A stretch of DNA of 45,265 nucleotides from a virus (IMGVR_UViG_3300027787_000005:1-45265); one strand, 5' to 3'; numbered from the stretch's first letter, positions 7,768 through 16,749 are shown. Notes: generated by a model not told the origin, from the sequence alone. Numbers and translations: made by a program.

Positions 7768-8864
7768 GACGTCGCCGCTCGGACGATCGCGGCGGCGAGC
7801 CGCGGCGGGACGGCGTTGCCGACCTGGAGGAACTGGGCGGTCTTGTTGCCCTGCCACGGGTAGTCGGCGGGGAACGACTGGAGGATGGCTGCCTCGGCGA
7901 CGGCGATGCGGATCGACTGGTCGTGCTGTCGCTCGCCGCCGGCACGGTCGCGGTGGCCGGGTGCGGCGATCCGGGGATCGCCGGCAAGAGTGGTGGCGGG
8001 CCTGCCGTGCACCCATGCCGGCTTACCTTGACTAGTCAGAGTTGGTGCTGGCCGGTCTGCTGCCACCAGGGCAACGGGAACACGGGAGCCGCGCGGGCCG
8101 CGGCCGATGGTGCGCCGGTCTAGCGTCCAGCCCGTGGCGTAGCTGTTGCCTTGTCCGTACGCCCACCGCGGCGACCGGTCGCCGCAGACGGTTCGTGCCG
8201 GCCGGTCGATCCCTTCCCAGCCGAGCGCGTCGGCCATCGACACCCATGGCAGGAGCTCTCCACCGAACAGGTCAGCGCCCTCGGGGTGCTGGGCGTGTGT
8301 TGGTGCCGGCGGGTGGACAGGCTTGTCCAGCCGAGCCATCAGCACGGCCCGCTCGCGGGTCTGTGGAACCCCGTAGTCGGCGGAGTTGAGAACGCCGGTC
8401 CAGGTGGAATAGCCCCAGCGACGCAGGGCGTCCGAGGCGTGCTGCCACAGGCCGAGCACCGGCGGAACCTGCTCGAAGCAGACCCAGGTCGGGCGGAAGT
8501 CCCGGACCCAGCGGACCGGCTGGGCGGCATGGTGGGAGCGGTCGTCGGCCCATCCGTCACCGATGTCGTCGCGGCCGGCGGCGTAGGCGTTGATGAGGTG
8601 GTGAGCCTTGGTCCGGTCCTGCTCCCCGGCGCGCTTGCCGGCCATCGACCACGCCTGGCACGGCGGGGACGCGACGAGCCCGCGGATCGGAGTGCCAGGC
8701 CGGATCGGCGAGCGGGAGACATCGGCGCGGATCCGGGTGTGGCCGGCGGCCTTGGCGGTGGCGCAGGCGCTCGGTTCCCACTCGACGCCGATAACGTCGG
8801 TGATGCCGATCTGGCGCATCCCCTCATCCCAGCCGCCAGGGCCAGCGTAAAGGTCGAGGATCAC
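7764..8864 (-). CDS. DNA cytosine-C5 methyltransferase
   Basis: DLYAGPGG (motif I), SPPCQ (IV), EQV (VI), YGVPQTRER (VIII), QVGNAVPP (X); could start at GTG 9011. Confidence 0.92.
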   Translation of the reverse strand: MILDLYAGPGGWDEGMRQIGITDVIGVEWEPSACATAKAAGHTRIRADVSRSPIRPGTPIRGLVASPPCQAWSMAGKRAGEQDRTKAHHLINAYAAGRDDIGDGWADDRSHHAAQPVRWVRDFRPTWVCFEQVPPVLGLWQHASDALRRWGYSTWTGVLNSADYGVPQTRERAVLMARLDKPVHPPAPTHAQHPEGADLFGGELLPWVSMADALGWEGIDRPARTVCGDRSPRWAYGQGNSYATGWTLDRRTIGRGPRGSRVPVALVAADRPAPTLTSQGKPAWVHGRPATTLAGDPRIAAPGHRDRAGGERQHDQSIRIAVAEAAILQSFPADYPWQGNKTAQFLQVGNAVPPRLAAAIVRAATS

Positions 8865-9003
8865 CGGGCGCCTCGCCGCTTGCGCCAGGTGGCCCAACCG
8901 TGCCGGGCGAGGGCGTACGGCATCAGCAGGATCACCAGCGGCAGCATGTCGCCGCAGGACCGGCCGAGCGGGTGGCGCCTGTTCCCCCTCGCGGTTGCTG
9001 CGT

Positions 9004-9156
9004 TCAGTCACGGTCGGCTCCTTTCTTGCGTGCGGCCTGTAGCCGCCGTTTGCGCTCGGGGCGCGTCAGCGCCAGGTATTCGGTGAGCGGGAGGCCGAGC
9101 AGGTCGGCGTTGGCTTGGCGCCGTACGGCGTCCCGGGCCTGCTTGCGGGCGCTCAT
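9004..9156 (-). CDS. Small basic hypothetical protein
   Basis: MSARKQARDAVRRQ...; ATGA overlap. Confidence 0.5.
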   Translation of the reverse strand: MSARKQARDAVRRQANADLLGLPLTEYLALTRPERKRRLQAARKKGADRD

Positions 9157-9530
9157 GACGCCGCCCAGTGCCGGTAGTCCGTGCACCAGCCGAAGCAGGC
9201 CATGCACGACGTGCCGGTGTTCAGGTCCGGCACGAACTCGTGCGCCTGGTCGGTTCCGGCGTAGGCGCCCAGCGGGATCGAGCCGGAGTCCAGCCGGAGC
9301 ACGCGGATCTCGCGCCCCCGCCGCTCCGCCGCCTCGATCGCTCTACGCGCTTCACGGGCCTCGTGTGCGGCGCGCATTGCGCGTCGGGCAGCGCGGTGCT
9401 CGGCCCTACGGTCGTAGTTGTAGGCGTTGTAGGCGGTCCGGCAGGCGCCGTCGATGGGCTCGCCCCTGCGGCGGTGCCGGTCGTAGCCGGCGCGCGTGCC
9501 GCAGACCTTCTCCGCGGTGGTGGCCGTCAC
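9153..9530 (-). CDS. Hypothetical protein with CGTxxGYxxHxxxGE..C motif
   Basis: Motif recurs in actinophage proteins; overlap-coupled. Confidence 0.6.
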   Translation of the reverse strand: MTATTAEKVCGTRAGYDRHRRRGEPIDGACRTAYNAYNYDRRAEHRAARRAMRAAHEAREARRAIEAAERRGREIRVLRLDSGSIPLGAYAGTDQAHEFVPDLNTGTSCMACFGWCTDYRHWAAS

Positions 9531-9769
9531 GACGCACCCCGTTCCAGGACCTCTTCGCCGCGGGCGGTCAGCTGCCACACGATGGAGTCGGCTGGCTCGC
9601 GGATCCACTTGTGGTGCTCCAGCAGCGACGCCATGGTGCTGACCAGCGCGGGCGGGTCGCCGGGGATCTCGAGGTAGACGTGGTTGTCAGCTTCGTTGGT
9701 GAGGACGCGGCGGGCGTCGACGTCGGCGAGGAAGGCGATGTGGGCGGCGGTCGGAGTCGGCTCAGCCAT
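9527..9769 (-). CDS. Small winged-helix-like protein
   Basis: WQLTARGEEVL wing-type motif. Confidence 0.5.
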   Translation of the reverse strand: MAEPTPTAAHIAFLADVDARRVLTNEADNHVYLEIPGDPPALVSTMASLLEHHKWIREPADSIVWQLTARGEEVLERGAS

Positions 9770-10118
9770 CGGAGCGGCCCTCCAGGGCGGCGCTACGGGC
9801 GAGGCTGTCGGCGACGGTGAACCCGTTCACGGTCATGCCCGGCGCGGCCTCGACGGCCAGCCGGATCGCCTCGTCGTAGCCGAACCGGTGCGTCTCGATC
9901 CAGTCGTCCTCGCGGTTCGACGGGCTCGGCTCGTAGTCCCACTCGCCATCAGAGCCCAGTACCAAGCTGTGCCGCTTGACGGCGTACTGGTCGTCGCCGC
10001 GCCACTGCACGGTGATGGCGTACGCGCCGTGGTTGACGTTGCCCTCGGGAATCGCCGAGACGGTGACCTCGGTGACGCGGGCGTTGATGCCAGGGGCAGG
10101 GTCGGCCATGCGGGTCAT
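9762..10118 (-). CDS. Hypothetical phage protein
   Basis: GEWDYEPSPSNREDDWIETHRF motif; AAGGAG RBS. Confidence 0.65.
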   Translation of the reverse strand: MTRMADPAPGINARVTEVTVSAIPEGNVNHGAYAITVQWRGDDQYAVKRHSLVLGSDGEWDYEPSPSNREDDWIETHRFGYDEAIRLAVEAAPGMTVNGFTVADSLARSAALEGRSDG

Positions 10119-10678
10119 GTCGCTTCTCCTTGGCGTTTGGTCAGTTGGGCGCGCAGCTGCTCCAGCTCGATGAGCGCGGACGCCAGCTCGGCCTTGACCG
10201 CCTGCGTCTCCTGGAAGCGGACCGCGCAGCGGCGGGCCAGCGAGTCCCGTTCGCGGGTGACCAGCCGCAGCTCAGCGGCGATCTTGTCGGCGCTGGCCAG
10301 CTCGGCGCGGAGGCTGTCGATCTGGTCGGCGGCGGCCGCCTCCGATGCGCAGACCCGCCGGTACGCGCCGAGGGCGTATTCGATCGTGGACTCCAGGTCT
10401 GGGCAGGAGTCGCCGTCGAACTCCTCGATGTACAGCGCTTCGTGGGCGGCGTGGAATCTCGCGACCCACCCGGCGACGGCGTTCGAGAGCTGGTCGCGTT
10501 CGGCCCGCACGGCGGTCAGGTCTTGCTCTGCGGCGCTCCAGCAGGCCCGTGCCTCGTCGCGCTCCTGCTCGACGCGGCGTAGCTGGGCCGAGGTTGACTC
10601 GCCGCCCGGCAGGTCGAAGCTTGCGATCTCGACGGCGATCTCAGACGGCTTCCGCTTGGGCAGCTCCTCGGCGCTCAC
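10115..10678 (-). CDS. Coiled-coil hypothetical protein
   Basis: Repeated xERD heptads. Confidence 0.6.
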   Translation of the reverse strand: MSAEELPKRKPSEIAVEIASFDLPGGESTSAQLRRVEQERDEARACWSAAEQDLTAVRAERDQLSNAVAGWVARFHAAHEALYIEEFDGDSCPDLESTIEYALGAYRRVCASEAAAADQIDSLRAELASADKIAAELRLVTRERDSLARRCAVRFQETQAVKAELASALIELEQLRAQLTKRQGEAT

Positions 10679-10902
10679 GAGTCACGTCCCGGGCGGATGG
10701 CGTTGCGCAGGTCGATCAGCCGGTCCAACTTCGACCACAACGCGTCGGAGCGGACCGGCGGCGGCACGGCGGCGATCTCGGCCAGCTGCGCGTCGAGTTG
10801 GGCGATGCGGGCCTCGGCCGCGTCGACCACATCGGTCGGGGTGGCGGTGTACTCGACGCGGAGTGGCTCAGCCGGGCCGAGCAGCCAGCGGGCGATGTTC
10901 AT
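10675..10902 (-). CDS. Hypothetical protein
   Basis: MNIARWLLGPAEP...; overlap-coupled. Confidence 0.55.
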   Translation of the reverse strand: MNIARWLLGPAEPLRVEYTATPTDVVDAAEARIAQLDAQLAEIAAVPPPVRSDALWSKLDRLIDLRNAIRPGRDS

Positions 10903-11231
10903 GGCAGCCTCACGTCCAATCCCTCGCGGGCGCAGTCGGGGCAGCCCTCTACGCAGATCTCGACGAAGTGGGTCTGGCGATAGCAGCGGTGGCAGAGCAG
11001 CGCCTTGTGTGACGAGCAGCAGAGCGCGCTGGCCGGGGTGGCGCAGCGGACGCACGAACCGGAAGCCACAGCCTCGGTGAAGGCGCGGCAGTCGCAGTTG
11101 GAGTTGGAGCAGCCGGTCCGCTTCCCGACGGTCGACAGGTTGTGCAGCACGTCCAGGTCGCCGCAGACGCAGCGCAGCATCGGCGGGTACGTCTGCTGCC
11201 CGTTCGCGGCGCCCGGGTCGTGGGCGCTCAC
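10899..11231 (-). CDS. Cys-rich multi-zinc-finger protein
   Basis: More than 12 Cys in CxC/CxxC patterns. Confidence 0.55.
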   Translation of the reverse strand: MSAHDPGAANGQQTYPPMLRCVCGDLDVLHNLSTVGKRTGCSNSNCDCRAFTEAVASGSCVRCATPASALCCSSHKALLCHRCYRQTHFVEICVEGCPDCAREGLDVRLP

Positions 11232-12100
11232 TGGGCACCGTCCGGCACTGGCGCGGTCTCCGGCCACGCCTCGTCGGGCGCGTCGGCGAGCACCTCGCCC
11301 TCAAGGACGTCGCCCTGCGGCTGATCGATCCCGGCCGGCGCGGCAGGCTCGGCCGCGACGCGCTGAACCTCGGCCGCCGCCCGGGCGATCTCCTTGCGGT
11401 ACTCGGCGGAGGTCGGCACCCACTTCCGCAGCTGACGGGCGGCTGACTTCATCCACATCGCCGCCTCCCACTTCACCCACGGCGAGTACTCCGAGCCGGA
11501 GGCGGGGTTGACCTTCCGGATCCGGTCGATGTCGTCCTGGTTCAGCTCGACGACCTGGGAGATCGCGCCGTTCTGCATCTCGGCGTAGGCGTAGACGCCG
11601 ACGATCGGGCCGCGGGCCGCCTCCCGGGCGAACGGCGTGAAGCGGTGCACCGGCGTGCGGTCGACGCCGCGCTGGTAGCGGTACTCGTCGAATTCGCGGA
11701 CCACCTGCACGACCACCGACGAGACGGCACCAGCCCGGTACATCAGCTCGACGTAGCCCTGGTATCCGGTGATGCCGAGGATCTCCAGGCGACCCTTCAC
11801 CTTGCGCGGGGTGAGGTAGTACTCCTCCGAGCCTGGGGTGAGGCCCTGCCGGGCGGCGTCGAGCAGCGCGGCGAGGAAGACGCCCGGCTCGTTGGCGGCG
11901 GCGATCTCCAGCTCGAACGGCGCCCCGGGCCGGGCGTCGACCCGCTTGCCCTTCTTCAGCGCACCCTGGGCGAGCCGAACCCAGGTCTCTGCCTTGACGT
12001 GCGTGGGCAGGACGGCGGCGAAGCTGTTGCTGTACTTGCGGATCAGCTCGCCGGGGGTGTTGTCCCGCTCGGCGACGGCTTGGGAAACGGTCTCAGGCAT
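11228..12100 (-). CDS. recT: RecT single-strand annealing recombinase
   Basis: AAVLPTHV, GLTPG..EYYLTP, GYQGYVELMYRAG, SPWVKWEAAMWMKSAARQLRKWVPTSAE. Confidence 0.92.
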   Translation of the reverse strand: MPETVSQAVAERDNTPGELIRKYSNSFAAVLPTHVKAETWVRLAQGALKKGKRVDARPGAPFELEIAAANEPGVFLAALLDAARQGLTPGSEEYYLTPRKVKGRLEILGITGYQGYVELMYRAGAVSSVVVQVVREFDEYRYQRGVDRTPVHRFTPFAREAARGPIVGVYAYAEMQNGAISQVVELNQDDIDRIRKVNPASGSEYSPWVKWEAAMWMKSAARQLRKWVPTSAEYRKEIARAAAEVQRVAAEPAAPAGIDQPQGDVLEGEVLADAPDEAWPETAPVPDGAQ

Positions 12101-13130
12101 AGCTGGCAGCCCTTCCGGGGTTCAATCGGTCGGTGATCGGATAGCCGTCGTCGAGGGCGTGCAGCTCATGCTCGTCGTCCGACCGGCGCTCGAATACGCT
12201 GCGGGAGGCGACGAGCTTGTTGCCGACGACGGCGCGGTTGAAGTCGGAGCCGAGGGCGGCACGAATACGGGCTTCGCACCGGTCCACGACCGCCTCGATG
12301 CGCTTCTTCAGCGCCCGGGCCCGGCGGTACGTCTCGGCCAGTTCCACCGGCACCTCCACATCGCCCTCACCGAGCGACGGGTGTAGGCGGGAGAGCGTCG
12401 CCAGTGTGGCCGCGTGGCCGTCAAGGTCCGGGGCGTCGCCGGATTCGAGCCGGGCGTGGAACTGCGCACCGGCGTGGCGCATGACCCGCAGGTCCATCTC
12501 GTCGCGCCTGACCGGGCCGTACGCCCGGAAGCCGCCTGGGCCGAGGACGGCGAAGTGCACCTCGTCCACGCCGAGGACGTCGAGCTGCCAGAGGGCCTGC
12601 GCGCGGTAGTAGACGGGGATGTCGTCGGTGCCGGGCTCGCCCCATCCGTCCCACGAGTGCGCCACCCACTTGCACTCCAGCAGCGCCAGCAGGCCGCAGC
12701 CGCCCGTTCCCGCGCAGCCCTGGCAGTCGGCGTCATCGCCGTCGCGTGGGTCGACGCGGCTACCGGCGCCGTCGCACCAGCCGCACACGCCGAGGAGTAG
12801 CCGATCCGGTGTGGCGAGCTGCCACGGCCGATCCGGGTGCGCGTACAGCCCAGCCGGACACATGACGAGGTTCTCCAGCGGGTCGTTCTCTGCGATCCAC
12901 CAGTCGGCGATGGCGTCTTCGAGGTGGCTGCCGGTCGAGGTGTACTCGTTGCCCTCGCTGCCCCAGCCGTTGACCTTCTGCCAGTACAGCGAGAACGCGG
13001 ACTGCCACGGGCTCAGGCCCATCACCGCGGCGATCTCCGACGCGGTGACGCCGGCCCGGCGCAGCTCGTGCCAGCGCGGGTTGTCCGGTCCGGTCTCGGC
13101 CGGCGGGAGCAGCTCGATCGGCTCAGCCAT
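12093..13130 (-). CDS. YqaJ-like (RecE-type) exonuclease with inserted CxxCxGxG zinc finger
   Basis: RRAGVTASEIAAVMGLSPWQS, ATPDR, LECK, IPVYYRAQALWQLDVLG; adjacent to recT. Confidence 0.9.
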   Translation of the reverse strand: MAEPIELLPPAETGPDNPRWHELRRAGVTASEIAAVMGLSPWQSAFSLYWQKVNGWGSEGNEYTSTGSHLEDAIADWWIAENDPLENLVMCPAGLYAHPDRPWQLATPDRLLLGVCGWCDGAGSRVDPRDGDDADCQGCAGTGGCGLLALLECKWVAHSWDGWGEPGTDDIPVYYRAQALWQLDVLGVDEVHFAVLGPGGFRAYGPVRRDEMDLRVMRHAGAQFHARLESGDAPDLDGHAATLATLSRLHPSLGEGDVEVPVELAETYRRARALKKRIEAVVDRCEARIRAALGSDFNRAVVGNKLVASRSVFERRSDDEHELHALDDGYPITDRLNPGRAASYA

Positions 13131-13353
13131 CGGTCGGCTCCTTGTCCTTCTCGGCCTCGCGGCGGTAGGCGGCGATGGCGCGGGCGCGGTCCATGACGTC
13201 GTCGGGGACGAGGTCCAGCGGTCGGCACGGGCACCAGTCGTAGGCGGCGATGCCGCCGAACGCGTAGTCGGCCAGCAGGCGCGGGTGGATGCCCTGCTGC
13301 TCCAGCAGGTTGCCGAGGACGTCGTAGACCCAGTTCGGCAGCTGCTCAGCCAT
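13123..13353 (-). CDS. Hypothetical protein
   Basis: Operon-coupled ORF. Confidence 0.55.
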   Translation of the reverse strand: MAEQLPNWVYDVLGNLLEQQGIHPRLLADYAFGGIAAYDWCPCRPLDLVPDDVMDRARAIAAYRREAEKDKEPTDG

Positions 13354-13624
13354 CGGTCGTCACCACCGCGACGTGCTCCTCGGCCGGGTGGCAGCACCGG
13401 TCGCAGTCAACGGCGTACAGCTCGCTCTTCACGAAGGCGTGAGGCTTGTCCTTGCAGTGGTAGCAGAGCAGCAACTTCTCGTCGCCCCACCACTCACCGC
13501 TGCCAACTGCGTCGTCGGCGGCCTCGCCGGCGCTCGGCCAGTGCGGCGTGTAGTCGTGTTCGTAGTCGGCGCCGCAGTCGCTGCACGCGGCGATGAAGCA
13601 GGTGATCTGCCGGATGGCCATCAC
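13346..13624 (-). CDS. Zinc-ribbon hypothetical protein
   Basis: CSDCG...CYHC...CDRC. Confidence 0.6.
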   Translation of the reverse strand: MMAIRQITCFIAACSDCGADYEHDYTPHWPSAGEAADDAVGSGEWWGDEKLLLCYHCKDKPHAFVKSELYAVDCDRCCHPAEEHVAVVTTDG

Positions 13625-13872
13625 GCCACCGCCGCATGCCAGACGAGCTGGACGTCGGTGACGGCACCGAATGCTCGGAGCACCGTCACGTGCTCGCGGG
13701 TCGTCAGCTCCCGCTGCGGGCGCACGTGCACCGAGCCGTTGTCGTCGACGTCGGCGGTCAGCGGGATGTGCTCGACGGCGCGGAGCACGGTGCAGACGGT
13801 GGTGGCCTCGACCTGGGCGCAGCGGTGCCCGACGACGTCACGCGTGTGGCCGTCCTTGATCAGCGTCCTCAT
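13621..13872 (-). CDS. Hypothetical protein
   Basis: ATGA overlaps at both ends. Confidence 0.55.
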   Translation of the reverse strand: MRTLIKDGHTRDVVGHRCAQVEATTVCTVLRAVEHIPLTADVDDNGSVHVRPQRELTTREHVTVLRAFGAVTDVQLVWHAAVA

Positions 13873-14195
13873 CGCAGACCGCCCTGCTGCGCGTCGTAGG
13901 CGGCGCGCTCAGGCGTGCCGTACGGCGGCTTGACCGGCCCGTGGTCGACGGGGAAGGTGTCGCCGCACGGGGCTTCGGCGGCCCGCTTCAGCTCACCGAG
14001 TCGCATCAGGGCTGCCGCCGCGACCGTGACGGCCTTGGCCTGATCCGTGCCCAGCGATTGCACCAGGACCGCGAAGGTGAAGGCGGGAATGTCGCCGTCC
14101 AGAGGCTTGGCCGCCTCGACCATCTGGTCGAGCAGGGCGGTGATGATGTCTTCCTGCTCCTGGTAGTACGTGATGTTTGACAGCAGTGCGCTCAC
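13869..14195 (-). CDS. Hypothetical protein
   Basis: GGAGGG RBS; overlap-coupled. Confidence 0.55.
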   Translation of the reverse strand: MSALLSNITYYQEQEDIITALLDQMVEAAKPLDGDIPAFTFAVLVQSLGTDQAKAVTVAAAALMRLGELKRAAEAPCGDTFPVDHGPVKPPYGTPERAAYDAQQGGLR

Positions 14196-14479
14196 GATCC
14201 GGCCCTCCGCACGGTGTAGTGGCAGCCGATTTCGGCCGGGTGCGAGCGCGTCAGCCGGTACGCGCGCCAGTACGCCAGCCGCTCGAAGCGGTGACGGCTG
14301 ATCGGCTGCTCGACGACCTCACCGTCGGTGTGGATCTGCCGCACCACCGACCAGCGGGTGCGGCGCTCGGCGGCCTTTCGCATGGCCTCGTCGGCGGTGA
14401 GCAGCTCGGCGAGGAGCTTGTCGCGGTCGCGGGCGGAGTCGGCCAGCATCTCGTCGAGGCTCTGCCGGTCGGCGCTCAC
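14192..14479 (-). CDS. Hypothetical protein
   Basis: GTGA overlaps. Confidence 0.55.
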   Translation of the reverse strand: MSADRQSLDEMLADSARDRDKLLAELLTADEAMRKAAERRTRWSVVRQIHTDGEVVEQPISRHRFERLAYWRAYRLTRSHPAEIGCHYTVRRAGS

Positions 14480-14835
14480 TCGGCCACCGCCGGACGCGGG
14501 CCGAAGATCTCGGCGACCATGCGACCCAGGTCGGCACGGGTGTTGAACTCGGAGAAGAGTCCGCGTTCCCCGGAAGGGTTCAGGTGTACGTGCCGCTGCT
14601 CCAGGTCGTCCCAGTCTTCAAAGCCGAGGTGCTTGGAGGCCCGGTCGGCGACGGAGATTCCGCCAGCGAGGTACCCGTAGTCTTGGAGGACGGGCGTGTC
14701 GCCGGACAGCGCGCAGGCCCAGCCCGCGAAGCAGCCAGACGTTTCGCACCACCACGTTCTCTGGCTCCAGCTCTCCGGGTGAGCGTCAATCTGGTCGAGC
14801 ACCGCGTACGCCAGCGCCGCGTTCGGGGCGGTCAC
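14476..14835 (-). CDS. Hypothetical phage protein
   Basis: VLDQIDAHPESWSQ..W.C....CFAGWAC motif recurrent in actinophages. Confidence 0.6.
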   Translation of the reverse strand: MTAPNAALAYAVLDQIDAHPESWSQRTWWCETSGCFAGWACALSGDTPVLQDYGYLAGGISVADRASKHLGFEDWDDLEQRHVHLNPSGERGLFSEFNTRADLGRMVAEIFGPRPAVAE

Positions 14836-15188
14836 CACGACACCGCCAGCGCGGCCAGGAACCCGGCGGCCTCGGCCAGCAGCAGCGCACCAGCGCCGAG
14901 CACCGCCCACGACCGCGCCGAACGAGCCCGGCGGTGCCTGCCCCGGTAGCGGCCCGCCCGGGCCGGCTCCGGCTGGTAGATGGTCGGCGCGGCGGAACGC
15001 GGCACCAGCGCGGTGGGCTGCTCGGCCGGAGTCACGCCGACTTCGAGCACCATGGTGTCGCCGGCGGACAGCTCGGCCAGCTTGGCGATGCCGACCGGCT
15101 CGAGGGGCAGGCCCTCGATGAACGGGATGAATGGCTTGGCGGCGGCACCGATGTCGCCGGTGTCGGTGGGGCTGAGCGTGTCGGTCAT
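14832..15188 (-). CDS. Hypothetical protein with C-terminal transmembrane helix
   Basis: GRYRGRHRR followed by a hydrophobic C-terminus. Confidence 0.55.
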   Translation of the reverse strand: MTDTLSPTDTGDIGAAAKPFIPFIEGLPLEPVGIAKLAELSAGDTMVLEVGVTPAEQPTALVPRSAAPTIYQPEPARAGRYRGRHRRARSARSWAVLGAGALLLAEAAGFLAALAVSW

Positions 15189-15577
15189 CGCCCGGCCTCC
15201 GTGACGCTGATGTTGAAGCCGTACGCGTAGTAGCCCGACCCGGGCGACCAGCTCACGGTCAGCTCCAGCACGTCGCCCATGTCGGCGTAGACGTGCCACG
15301 TCGTGTACTCGCCGGTCGTGCCGACCCCGGTGATGATGTGGTCGACCCGCTCCGGGTGGAGCAGGAACGCCATCAGGTCGGTGCCCGCGCAGCAGTCGTC
15401 GGTGTCGGCCAACTCGACGCGCTTGCCGTTGTCGAGCGTGATCGTGAACGTGCCGCCGTCCCGCTCGGCGGAGACGATCCGGTGGCCGACCACGTGCTCA
15501 CGCAGCGCGGCGACGTTCCCCGGCATGGTGTCTTCGTCGGGGCCGAGGTTCTCTTCGGGGTACCTATCAGTGGTCAT
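15185..15577 (-). CDS. Hypothetical phage protein
   Basis: VVGHRIVSAE...DTDDCCA...GSGYYAYGFNISV; GAGGGA RBS. Confidence 0.65.
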   Translation of the reverse strand: MTTDRYPEENLGPDEDTMPGNVAALREHVVGHRIVSAERDGGTFTITLDNGKRVELADTDDCCAGTDLMAFLLHPERVDHIITGVGTTGEYTTWHVYADMGDVLELTVSWSPGSGYYAYGFNISVTEAGR

Positions 15578-15590
15578 CTCTATATCCCTC

Positions 15591-15621
15591 GTGCGAAGTG
15601 GGTGTGAAGTAGGTGCGAAGT
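15591..15621. promoter_or_regulatory. Three direct repeats with 11-bp period, putative protein-binding site
   Basis: GTGCGAAGT 15591, GTGTGAAGT 15602 and GTGCGAAGT 15613 in an intergenic gap, beside a CCGGCGG..CCGCCGG hairpin. Confidence 0.5.
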
Positions 15622-15665
15622 TCGGAGGTGGACCGGCGGCCGGGGAAGTGACCGCCGGACCGCGA

Positions 15666-15920
15666 TCAGGACGGGTCGGGGGTCGGCTGACGCAGGCGGA
15701 TCGACCGGGCGTAACCGCCGAGCGCGTGGAACTGCTCGTCGTGCCCGGCGCAGGTCCGGACGAAGAGCTCCACGTCCAGGCCATCGCGCTTGCGGACCAC
15801 GAAGGTCGAGAACGCGGCGGGCTCGTCGCAGCCCGCGATCTCGTCGGGCACGTCGGTGTGGTCGATCGCGGCGAGGAGTTCGACGAGCAGCTGGTACTCG
15901 CAGCTCAGCGGCGCGGTCAT
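15666..15920 (-). CDS. Hypothetical protein
   Basis: MTAPLSCEYQ...; ATGA overlap. Confidence 0.55.
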   Translation of the reverse strand: MTAPLSCEYQLLVELLAAIDHTDVPDEIAGCDEPAAFSTFVVRKRDGLDVELFVRTCAGHDEQFHALGGYARSIRLRQPTPDPS

Positions 15921-16567
15921 GCGCTGGCCTGCCTGATGTGCTGGTCCAGCACGGTTTGCGCCTCGGCGGCCGTGTCGAAGCCGTTGAAGCTGACACCACA
16001 CGCGCAGTCCCGGCCGTGGTCGCCAGGGTTGGGGCCGACCGAGCCACCCGTCTCGTAGTGCTCCGGCGTCTCGTCGACCACGAGCGTGCTGTCGGAGACC
16101 GTGCCGACCGGGCCGCCGGTGTGCAGCGGCACGCGGGCCGGGGACACCGGCGTCGGGTCGTCCGGCTCGGAATCGGCGCGGGTGTACGTCAGGCCGGACG
16201 CGTCCGCATCGACCTGGGCGCGCAGCCGCTCAACCTCAGCGCGGAGGCGTTCAAGCTCGCCAATGTCGCCTCGGCCGCCCTTGTGCCAGGCGTACAGCTC
16301 GTACCAGACGTGGTCGCCGACCTTGATGCGGAGGACGGTTCGGTCGTCGAGCTGCTCGTCGGTACCGACTTCAAGGCTCGCCGCGATGCTGCGGACGGAG
16401 GCGAGGTTCTCAGCGTCGGTACCGTCGCCGAGCGTCAGGTGGCGGTGGAGGCTCAGCGTCGGCATCGGCACGTCGGGGTTGCGCTCCAGCCACGCGGCGA
16501 AGTCGCGGAGCGCGTTGACCTGGGCGGTGCGCTTGGCCGCCGCTTCGGTTACGTTCAGGGGAGTCAC
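15917..16567 (-). CDS. Hypothetical protein
   Basis: GTG after GAAGGG; ALRDFAAWLERNPDVP; C-terminal CxC...H. Confidence 0.6.
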   Translation of the reverse strand: MTPLNVTEAAAKRTAQVNALRDFAAWLERNPDVPMPTLSLHRHLTLGDGTDAENLASVRSIAASLEVGTDEQLDDRTVLRIKVGDHVWYELYAWHKGGRGDIGELERLRAEVERLRAQVDADASGLTYTRADSEPDDPTPVSPARVPLHTGGPVGTVSDSTLVVDETPEHYETGGSVGPNPGDHGRDCACGVSFNGFDTAAEAQTVLDQHIRQASA

Positions 16568-16644
16568 TGATCGGCCCTTCGTAGGAGTTGTGGCTGGTCG
16601 GTGCAGCGGGTCGTCCTGGGTAGGCCGGGGCGGCCCGCCTTCGT

Positions 16645-16749
16645 TCAGCGGCCGGTGGTCGGCGGCTTGCTGATCGGCTTCGTGTTGGTCGGCTTCTTCG
16701 GCGGCTTGGACGGCGGCGGCGCGCCCTTCTTCTTGCCGAACAGGCCCAT
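16645..16749 (-). CDS. 34-aa Lys/Pro-rich peptide
   Basis: MGLFGKKKGAPPPSKPPKKP...; GGAG RBS; TGATG overlap with the BldC-like gene. Confidence 0.5.
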   Translation of the reverse strand: MGLFGKKKGAPPPSKPPKKPTNTKPISKPPTTGR

